33,504 nucleotides of DNA, taken from NCBI GenBank assembly GCA_020853075.1, contig JADYZS010000047.1, forward strand, positions 1 to 33,504, given 5' to 3'. This stretch comes from Anaerolineae bacterium. GTDB taxonomy: Bacteria > Chloroflexota > Anaerolineae > JADYZS01. Shown here piece after piece: positions 8,247-14,401 of the stretch. The notes below the pieces were generated by a model, which worked only from the letters and a program-made list of their open reading frames with translations, ran no database searches and was not told the DNA's origin. Position 1 is the first letter of the stretch; each line of letters starts with the position of its first letter. The position numbers and the translations under genes were made by a program.

Positions 8247-9071
8247 CTACGGCCCCACCTTCGTCGGGATCTGGTAACGGTTGATAAGATAGTCCACATC
8301 TACCGGCTCTGCCGGAAGGGGGCGCTCCATACCTGGCGCGCGCAGGACTACGTCCATGATACCGCCGGCATCCTTCACGTATTTCAATACCAGGGCGTCT
8401 TGCGCGCTCACCGCCAGCAGCAGCGCGTCCGGAGCGCGCGTATCACCACCTGTGGGGGTTCTGCCGGCCACGATAGCCGAGATGGTTACGTTCTGGAGCA
8501 GATTGAAGGTCGCTTGCTCCTTCTCGCGTATCACCACCGTTCCGCTGGTTGTGCCTCCTGCTTCGCTAGGTGTAGTAACCTGGGTGCCGCGATTGGCGGG
8601 GAACTCCAGCGAAAAGAGGAGGTCCACGTGGTCGCCGGGCTTCAGAACACCCACGCGGCTCATCAGGTCCTGAGCGGGGATCGCCATCAGCACTTCGTCT
8701 GCCGCGACAACCAGAGCCAACCGTCCATCGGCAGAGGTGACGTTAGGATCCAAGAGGCGTTGGGCCAGGACAACCTCGCCTGGATAGAGGTCCACCAGCG
8801 TCAGGCGGCCGGCGGCCTGTTCCACCTCGCGGATAGCCCCTTCGGGCACGGAATCTACCGGGATGTCCTTCAGTTGCAGGTCACCGGCGCTCAGAAGTGA
8901 TCGCACCGCGAGCGCCCGCGCCGCGACTACCACTTTTACCCTCGGTTGCACAACCTCCTGACCTGTGCGCTGGGCCGTGGCCCTTGTCAGGCTGATGAAG
9001 GCGACGAAGCCCGCCAAAACCGCAACAACCAAGCCGGCCGTTAGCCACAGGAGACCTCGCAAACGTCCCAT
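8247..9071 (-). CDS. cpaB: Flp pilus assembly protein CpaB/RcpC
   Basis: 274-aa ORF with an N-terminal TM anchor (LLWLTAGLVVAVLAGFVAFI) and a SAF-like segment (VKVVVAARALAVRSLLSAGDLQLKDIP). AGGAGGG lies 5 nt upstream of the ATG. Confidence 0.8.
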   Translation of the reverse strand: MGRLRGLLWLTAGLVVAVLAGFVAFISLTRATAQRTGQEVVQPRVKVVVAARALAVRSLLSAGDLQLKDIPVDSVPEGAIREVEQAAGRLTLVDLYPGEVVLAQRLLDPNVTSADGRLALVVAADEVLMAIPAQDLMSRVGVLKPGDHVDLLFSLEFPANRGTQVTTPSEAGGTTSGTVVIREKEQATFNLLQNVTISAIVAGRTPTGGDTRAPDALLLAVSAQDALVLKYVKDAGGIMDVVLRAPGMERPLPAEPVDVDYLINRYQIPTKVGP

Positions 9072-9119
9072 GCTACCCTCCTGAGAATCTGTGTACCATC
9101 ATCCCCTGGCTCTACCTGG

Positions 9120-9189
9120 AAAAAGCGGCGGCACACCTGCTCGTCGCAGCCCGCTGCCGCAGGCTCTTTCGCAAGGCGTGTCCGCCGCT
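9120..9189 (-). terminator. Terminator/attenuator-like stem-loop with U-tract between tadG-like gene and cpaB
   Basis: Minus-strand RNA reads AGCGGCGGACAC-(41 nt, internally paired)-GUGUGCCGCCGCU followed by UUUUCC. The stem is 12 bp with one bulge, and the A5 run on the plus strand is at 9120-9124. Confidence 0.4.
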
Positions 9190-9247
9190 GAGGAGCGCAA
9201 GGCTATTCGCAAGCCCTGGCGTTACCTCCTCTATGGAGCCAGGTGTG

Positions 9248-10357
9248 CTATTGTATCAAACGCAAGCGGATACGGTCAAAGATCGTTTGGTAGATCGCCA
9301 GGAGATCGCCGGCAGTGGGCGCATAAAATGCTTCGCCGTTGGTTATGTCGGCGATATCCTGCATCAAGCCCATGTCGGCGTTGTCACCCAGGCCGATGGC
9401 ATAGATGACAATGTTGTTTTGCGCGGCGATGTCTGCCTGGTTGCGTGTTGAGCTCTGTGCGGCAGCACAGGTGCCCGTTGGGCTGGAGCAGCAGTCAATG
9501 CCTTCATTTGGCACTTTGTTCGGGAGCCCATCGGTTAGGAAGACAATGATGCGCAACGCGTTGGCCCGTCCGCGCGGGCTTATCAGTTCGTTTTTCCCTG
9601 TTGCGATGCCTCCTGGTGCGTTGGTACAGCCGTTCGCCGTCAACACATCAAGGGCAGATTTTACCGCCGGGAAATTAGAAGTCAGTTGTTGATTGAGGGT
9701 CGCGTTATCCGCATACGATGCCAGGCCCATGTGGGTCAGGTTGGGGTTGTTCATATCCACGAAGGCTTTGGCCGCGTCCTTTGCGTCGGTGATGGGTTGC
9801 GGTGGTAAGGTCCAAACGCCACCACAGGCGATACAAGATGACTCGCTGGCGCCACAAGGGATGCTACACGAGTCGTCATCCATGCTGCCGGAGCGGTCAA
9901 AAACCAACATGATGTCCAGAGGCGAGAAGCCGCCCCCCGCCGTCCCTGCCGCGCTGATGGTGTTGAATCCTACCACACCGGCGAAGATGGTGGGGAAGGT
10001 CGTCCTGGCGATGACCTTGATGCCAGTAGCATTGGCAGGGACGGGCCCGCCGCCGACTACTTCGTTGCCGGGAAGGTAGTATGCCTCAAAAGACAGCGCC
10101 CGGTTCTGATTGATGGCGTATTCGTACACCGCGTCATAGACATCGTCGTCAATGCCGCCGTCGGCCAGAACCCAGGCTCCCGCCAGGGCTGCGGCGTCGG
10201 CGGCATTCTGCATCCGGCGCCGCTCTGTGTAGGCCAGACCAAAATCAATCGCCAGGGCCAATATGGAAAGGAGCGCGAGGGTGCTGAGTGCCACCAGGAT
10301 CAGCGACTGTCCACTTTCGTTACGCTCGCTTCTTTTCGTAAGCGGCCTCATAGCCAC
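9248..10357 (-). CDS. tadG: TadG-like pilus protein with von Willebrand factor A domain
   Basis: 369-aa ORF with a TadE/G-like N-terminus (SGQSLILVALSTLALLSILALAIDFGLAY) and a MIDAS motif DIMLVFDRSGSMDDD. Cys-rich inserts are present (CSIPCGASESSCIACGG; IDCCSSPTGTC). Confidence 0.8.
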   Translation of the reverse strand: MAMRPLTKRSERNESGQSLILVALSTLALLSILALAIDFGLAYTERRRMQNAADAAALAGAWVLADGGIDDDVYDAVYEYAINQNRALSFEAYYLPGNEVVGGGPVPANATGIKVIARTTFPTIFAGVVGFNTISAAGTAGGGFSPLDIMLVFDRSGSMDDDSCSIPCGASESSCIACGGVWTLPPQPITDAKDAAKAFVDMNNPNLTHMGLASYADNATLNQQLTSNFPAVKSALDVLTANGCTNAPGGIATGKNELISPRGRANALRIIVFLTDGLPNKVPNEGIDCCSSPTGTCAAAQSSTRNQADIAAQNNIVIYAIGLGDNADMGLMQDIADITNGEAFYAPTAGDLLAIYQTIFDRIRLRLIQ

Positions 10358-10377
10358 CTCTCACCCGTTGCCCCTGC

Positions 10378-10764
10378 CTACTCTATCTGCATGGTGGAGA
10401 CGCTGTTGAGCCGGAGGGTTGGATTTCCTCCCGCGATCTCCATGACAAAGCCGGTGATCAGGCTTACGTCGTAAATCGCTTCTACCCGGATGGTGTTGCC
10501 CCCTGGCCGGGTGATGTTGATTTGCAACGCGCCGCTGCTGAGCCCCGAAGTCAAGCGACGGGCCGCCGCCTCAATACCGGCGTCGTCGGTGGGATGGACG
10601 ATGCCGTAGCGGGCCCCTTCGCGCGTAGCGTTGGCAATCGTGTCATAAGAAAAAATGATGATCCCAAAGTCAATGATACCGAAAAGAAGCAAGAAAAGGA
10701 GGGGCAAAATGATGGCGAATTCTACGACCTCTTGCCCTTTATCGCTTCGCAAGCGTTTCCACAT
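10378..10764 (-). CDS. TadE/TadF-like pseudopilin
   Basis: 128-aa ORF with the TadE-type N-terminus GQEVVEFAIILPLLFLLLFGIIDFG. Confidence 0.8.
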   Translation of the reverse strand: MWKRLRSDKGQEVVEFAIILPLLFLLLFGIIDFGIIIFSYDTIANATREGARYGIVHPTDDAGIEAAARRLTSGLSSGALQINITRPGGNTIRVEAIYDVSLITGFVMEIAGGNPTLRLNSVSTMQIE

Positions 10765-10776
10765 CGGCGTTTTTCC

Positions 10777-11163
10777 TCAGCGGGCGCGGAACACCGCAGT
10801 TGCCTGCAGCGGTATACTACCGCTCCCCAAGACGCCTCCCATCACCAGAGAGAAGTTCATCTGCACGGTGACTCGCACCGGATTCCCCGATCCGCTTTGC
10901 GTTACCGAGCAGGTTGCCGTAGAGAGGTCCACGCCGCTGGTGCTGGCCTCGTTCACGACGGTAGTGCAGATTCTGCCGGTGTCCCACGGATAATTGACGC
11001 CGACGCGGGCCCCTTCGCGCGCGGCGTTCAGCATTGTGATGTAAGTGTGGTAGGCGCGGCCAACGTCCACCACGCCCGCCAGTATCAACAGCAGGAGGGG
11101 GACAATGATGGCTGTTTCTAACAAACTAGCGCCCACCTCGCGGGGGCGCTTGTCTTGCAGCAT
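10777..11163 (-). CDS. TadE/TadF-like pseudopilin (start trimmed relative to the 182-aa track ORF)
   Basis: Has the TadE-type segment GASLLETAIIVPLLLLILAGVVDVGRAY. The internal ATG at 11163 (MLQDKRPREV...) gives 128 aa, the same length as the paralogue, with GGGGAG upstream. The longer N-terminal extension is low-complexity and probably non-coding. Confidence 0.75.
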   Translation of the reverse strand: MLQDKRPREVGASLLETAIIVPLLLLILAGVVDVGRAYHTYITMLNAAREGARVGVNYPWDTGRICTTVVNEASTSGVDLSTATCSVTQSGSGNPVRVTVQMNFSLVMGGVLGSGSIPLQATAVFRAR

Positions 11164-11274
11164 AATCTTTGCTTGCTCCCCATGGTGGGAAAAGGAGCCG
11201 ATCCGGTGGGCTCGCTTAGATCCCCGCAAGTCGCCCCGTTCATCGCGAGGCCACTTTTGTTGCATGATGGTACA

Positions 11275-11337
11275 GGGGGGCAGCACTTGGCTGGGGGCCC
11301 TTCGTATTGGCTGCCCCCCTCCCAAGGCCCGAAGGCC
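11275..11337 (-). terminator. Two GC-rich stem-loops immediately 3' of flp (mRNA-stabilising or partial-termination structures)
   Basis: One is a 10-bp perfect stem GGGGGGCAGC/GCTGCCCCCC (11275-11284 / 11310-11319). The other is GGCC-UUCG-GGCC on the minus strand (11326-11337). Neither has a clear U-tract. Confidence 0.35.
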
Positions 11338-11344
11338 GTATGGG

Positions 11345-11533
11345 CTATTTGGTGAGCTCGGTCACAGCCTTCTGGAGAGCCGTGCTGACCGCATTGGCAA
11401 CCTGCGGGAAGACCGCGACCAGGGCTACGGCGACGAGAAGGACGAGCAGGGCATATTCCACCACGTCCTGCCCCTCTTCATCGCGCAGCGCGCGCAGCAT
11501 ATTGACAATGCGAAGATAGAAGAGTTCTACCAC
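11345..11533 (-). CDS. flp: Flp-family type IVb/c prepilin
   Basis: Has the Flp motif EEG/QDVVEYALLVLLVAVALVAVF (G-x4-EY followed by a hydrophobic helix). The GTG at 11533 lies 8 nt downstream of AGGAGG (62 aa). An alternative ATG at 11500 gives 51 aa. The track ORF to 11614 is over-extended. Confidence 0.8.
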   Translation of the reverse strand: MVELFYLRIVNMLRALRDEEGQDVVEYALLVLLVAVALVAVFPQVANAVSTALQKAVTELTK

Positions 11534-11605
11534 GTTCTGTTCCTCCTGGGGCAGCGCCCCTGTCTTTGAATCGCAGTGCAAGCGTTCCCAGAGCGATAAT
11601 GCAGA

Positions 11606-11629
11606 AACGCCCACTTTCTGGTGGGCGTT
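11606..11629. promoter_or_regulatory. 9-bp perfect hairpin in the probable flp 5' leader
   Basis: AACGCCCAC-TTTCTG-GTGGGCGTT. On the minus strand the stem is followed by UCUGCAUUAU. Confidence 0.3.
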
Positions 11630-11699
11630 ATCCTCATCGTGTGACTTGATACCAGCGGCGCTCCCACGTTAAATGTTGGCGAATGGGGCTAATGGCCTA

Positions 11700-11810
11700 T
11701 TGAAGTCGGCGCGCCTCTATGATATGCTGTCAGCACACGAAGGGTTCCGCCCGGACCCAGGTGCCATGGCCCCGGTAGTTGCCGCTACAAGGGGCCGCTT
11801 TTTGCTTCTT
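11700..11810 (+). ncRNA. Candidate small RNA unit: sigma70-like promoter plus intrinsic terminator, divergent from flp
   Basis: TTGAAG (11700-11705), a 17-nt spacer, then TATGCT (11723-11728). The stem GGCCCC..GTAG/CTAC..GGGGCC (11768-11796) is followed by GCTTTTTGCTTCTT. No ORF lies between promoter and terminator. Confidence 0.25.
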
Positions 11811-12130
11811 GGGTAATTCTGTTACCAAGAGGCCGACGCAGAACGGATTAATCCTGTTCCCCGTCGGCGCGTTGTAGCATAGGCCCCCTCCCTGCTACAC
11901 TGCATCATCCGGGCTTGCAGTCCCCCCTGTGCTGTCTGCCCTATGATGGTACGTTAGCCTGCCGCCCCCAGTGCTCCCCCTGCGTCAGACCCACGTTTAA
12001 CCAAGTGTCTATGGCGATTATATACAATAACGCAACCACTGTCAATACCCTTACCTTACAAGTAGTTTACAAAGGGCACAGGGGGTTGACAAGGGATGTC
12101 CTGCTAACAACTGGTGCGAGGACTATCTAA

Positions 12131-12197
12131 ATAAGCGGTCAGCGGATAGGGCGCGGATTAGCGGATATCGCCGCCGCGCGAAGGCTATCCGCTGACC
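12131..12197. repeat. TCAGCGGAT-bounded palindromic repeat element, copy 1
   Basis: TCAGCGGAT (12139-12147), CGCGGAT (12152-12158), TAGCGGAT (12159-12166) and inverted ATCCGCTGA (12187-12195). It shares GAAGGCTATCCGCT with the copy at 16565-16580. Confidence 0.6.
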
Positions 12198-12230
12198 CTG
12201 CCGTTCCATCATTTTATCCGGTGGTTCCTT

Positions 12231-12259
12231 TTGCGGCGCGGCCCCGGCTAGACTATAAT
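12231..12259 (+). promoter_or_regulatory. Sigma70-like promoter for the downstream membrane-protein gene
   Basis: TTGCGG (12231-12236), a 17-nt spacer, then a perfect TATAAT (12254-12259), 58 nt upstream of the ATG at 12317. Confidence 0.45.
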
Positions 12260-12316
12260 GGCAAGAGAGACCGGGTTCCTGGATCTCTTCCACGGTGAAC
12301 CGTTGCTCCGGATGCG

Positions 12317-13894
12317 ATGGCTATGCCCGACCATACAGACGAACAGGTAGCAAGATACCTTCCGACTCCGCAGGACGGCCCCGGCTGGTGGACGCGGTTC
12401 CAGGCCGCGCTGGGCCACCTGGTCACCGGCAAACTGTCCCTGGATGATCTGTGGCTGCTCGTGGTTCCTCTGGGCATGATTATGTTGTTGGGCCTGGAAC
12501 AGATCCGGCCTCACGACTTCTGGTGGCATCTGCGAAGCGGCCAGATCATCGTGGAGAATGGCTCCCTCCTGAGAGCCGACCTTTTCAGTTTCACCCGGTA
12601 CGGTTCTTCCTACACGACCCAGTATTGGCTGGCAGAGGTTGTCCTCTATCTCCTTTACCGACTCGGTGGGCTCCCCCTCGTCATATTCTGCCATGCCATC
12701 CTCATAGCCTGTGGGTACGTGCTCGTTGAGGCGGCCTCCCTGCGGTTGGCCGGCGGAGACGTGCGGGCGGCGGCCCTGGCTACCGTCGCGGCGATGGCTC
12801 TCGGTATGATGAACTGGACGGTGCGACCTCAATCCTTCTCGTTTTTGCTCTTCGGTGTGCTGGTTTGGATCCTGGAGACGCACCGGGCGCGGGGAGGACG
12901 GGTGATCTGGGCTGTTGTGCCGTTGTTTGCCCTGTGGTCTAACATGCACGCCGTCTATGCCTTCGGCATAGCGCTGCTGGCCGTCTATGTCCTGTCTCAC
13001 CTGTTTGCGGATTACGTGCAACACCGCTCGCTTGGGCAACAGACGCGCCCGTTGCTTGGGGCTGGTGTCGCCTCGTTGTTTGCCTTGTCCCTCAATCCTG
13101 GCGGCCTCCGGGCTATCGCTGCTTATCTCTCTAGCCTACTCCAAAGCAGCGTCGTGCAGAACAGCATTATAGAGTGGCAGCCCCTGTCTATAAGAGAAAC
13201 AGATGGGCAGGTGTTTGTTGTGACGGTGGTTCTGTTTCTTCTGTTGGCCTTCCATCGCCGCGTCTCTTTGCCACTCTACCTGGTTGCCGGGATGCTCCTC
13301 CTCGGCATCTTAAGCCTCTACACGCGGCGGGTATCCCCCTGGTTCGGGATGGCGGCTGCCCCCGCCTTTGCATTGGTCCTGGCCACACCGGCAAACTGGT
13401 TCTACCAGAAAACCCCGTTCCGGTCTGGGGGAGGGTCGCGCCTGTTTAATTACCTCTTTGTGGGGGCGCTGACTCTCCTTCTCGTCGCACGCTTGCCGTG
13501 GTTGCGGCCATACCTGCCGTTACCTCCTGAGAAGCGTTCCTACATTGCGGGCACCGAGACCCCTGTGCAGGCCGCCGTGGCCCTCTGTCGCCTCGGCCCT
13601 GGCCTGCGACCTTTCAACAACATGGTGTATGGCAGTTACTTGATCTGGGCTTGCCCGGAGGTGCCCGTATTCATAGACCCGCGCGTGGAGCTATATCCTG
13701 ATCGCATCTGGTACGATTATTTCCTGGTGGGCAGCGGACAGTTCGGTTGGGAGAAGGTGTTGGCCGGCTATGGCGTCAACGCCATCATTGTAGATAAGGT
13801 GGAGCAAGGGATACTCATTGCTGCGGTCAGGGCGTCGGGGAACTGGCAACTTATCTACGAAGACGACCACACGGCGCTTTACCATTTGCCCTAG
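12317..13894 (+). CDS. Polytopic membrane protein, GT-C-like glycosyltransferase fold suspected
   Basis: 525-aa ORF with many hydrophobic helices. The first loop motif is HDFWWHLRSGQIIVENGSLLRADLFSFT. The C-terminal ~150 aa look soluble. The functional call rests on pattern recognition only. Confidence 0.7.
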   Translation: MAMPDHTDEQVARYLPTPQDGPGWWTRFQAALGHLVTGKLSLDDLWLLVVPLGMIMLLGLEQIRPHDFWWHLRSGQIIVENGSLLRADLFSFTRYGSSYTTQYWLAEVVLYLLYRLGGLPLVIFCHAILIACGYVLVEAASLRLAGGDVRAAALATVAAMALGMMNWTVRPQSFSFLLFGVLVWILETHRARGGRVIWAVVPLFALWSNMHAVYAFGIALLAVYVLSHLFADYVQHRSLGQQTRPLLGAGVASLFALSLNPGGLRAIAAYLSSLLQSSVVQNSIIEWQPLSIRETDGQVFVVTVVLFLLLAFHRRVSLPLYLVAGMLLLGILSLYTRRVSPWFGMAAAPAFALVLATPANWFYQKTPFRSGGGSRLFNYLFVGALTLLLVARLPWLRPYLPLPPEKRSYIAGTETPVQAAVALCRLGPGLRPFNNMVYGSYLIWACPEVPVFIDPRVELYPDRIWYDYFLVGSGQFGWEKVLAGYGVNAIIVDKVEQGILIAAVRASGNWQLIYEDDHTALYHLP

Positions 13895-13903
13895 AGGCGA
13901 CGA

Positions 13904-13972
13904 GGGTCAGCGGATGCCTGCGGCGTAGCGGATTAGCGGATAGTCCCTCGTAGAGAGGCGTCATCCGCTGAC
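13904..13972. repeat. TCAGCGGAT-bounded palindromic repeat element, copy 2
   Basis: TCAGCGGAT (13907-13915), TAGCGGAT x2 (13926-13941) and inverted ATCCGCTGA (13963-13971). Positions 13904-13938 are 35/35 identical to the reverse complement of 20253-20287. Confidence 0.7.
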
Positions 13973-14110
13973 TTGAAAATAGCCTCGCGGTCATTCCCTG
14001 TGCCGGTCTTCGCCCGGCCAGGGCGGAGTACCGGCTGAGCGGGTTAACCCCCAAGACTACCGCCTAGAGCCATGACCAGCGAAGAATCTCACACCACTCC
14101 GAGATGCTTC

Positions 14111-14149
14111 GGCCCACAGTGTGCCGATCTGCCGGGCACACTGTGGGCC
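14111..14149. repeat. 15-bp perfect GC-rich hairpin inside a 507-bp gene-free region
   Basis: GGCCCACAGTGTGCC (14111-14125), a 9-nt loop, then GGCACACTGTGGGCC (14135-14149). Confidence 0.5.
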
Positions 14150-14401
14150 CGGCAAACTGCGGGCCTCAGCACCGTTCGTGCCGCGAGCAGCGGCGGCACG
14201 CCGGCCGTTCGCCTTGGCGTGCCCGCCAGGGCACGGCACAGGGTGCGAGACGGCATGACATTTTCATGCGAGGTGGTGAAGAGAGTTCATGTTGACTAAT
14301 CCGTTGCTTGCACCTCGTCGGCGCAAGCCGACAGGCTACTTATCAGCTGATCGGGAATCCCCCCCCCATATTTTTAGGATAGGTACTTAAGGTGAGATAC
14401 G

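Noticed and set aside
8035-8277. 80-aa plus-strand ORF in the cpaE-cpaB gap
   Set aside because: It reads through four hairpin modules on the strand opposite to the operon. It is Arg/Gly-rich and has no RBS.
10777-11614. Full-length track ORFs for the second tadE-like gene (182 aa) and flp (89 aa)
   Set aside because: The N-terminal extensions are non-homologous low-complexity sequence ahead of the conserved TadE/Flp N-termini. Internal starts with RBS-like sequences give family-typical lengths. The same reasoning was applied to 15750..16508, 27508..28965 and 30544..31959.
12248-13039. 263-aa minus-strand ORF overlapping the 5' half of the 525-aa membrane-protein gene
   Set aside because: It is antisense to a well-supported polytopic membrane protein. 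Its Arg/His/Pro/Gln/Gly-rich low-complexity composition is typical of shadow frames in high-G+C DNA. It has no RBS or recognisable motif.
14057-14299. Four 60-75-aa ORFs on both strands in the 13.9-14.4 kb gap
   Set aside because: They overlap one another, are Arg/Ala/Gly-rich and span hairpin and repeat modules. They lack RBSs, so the region is better explained as non-coding repeats.
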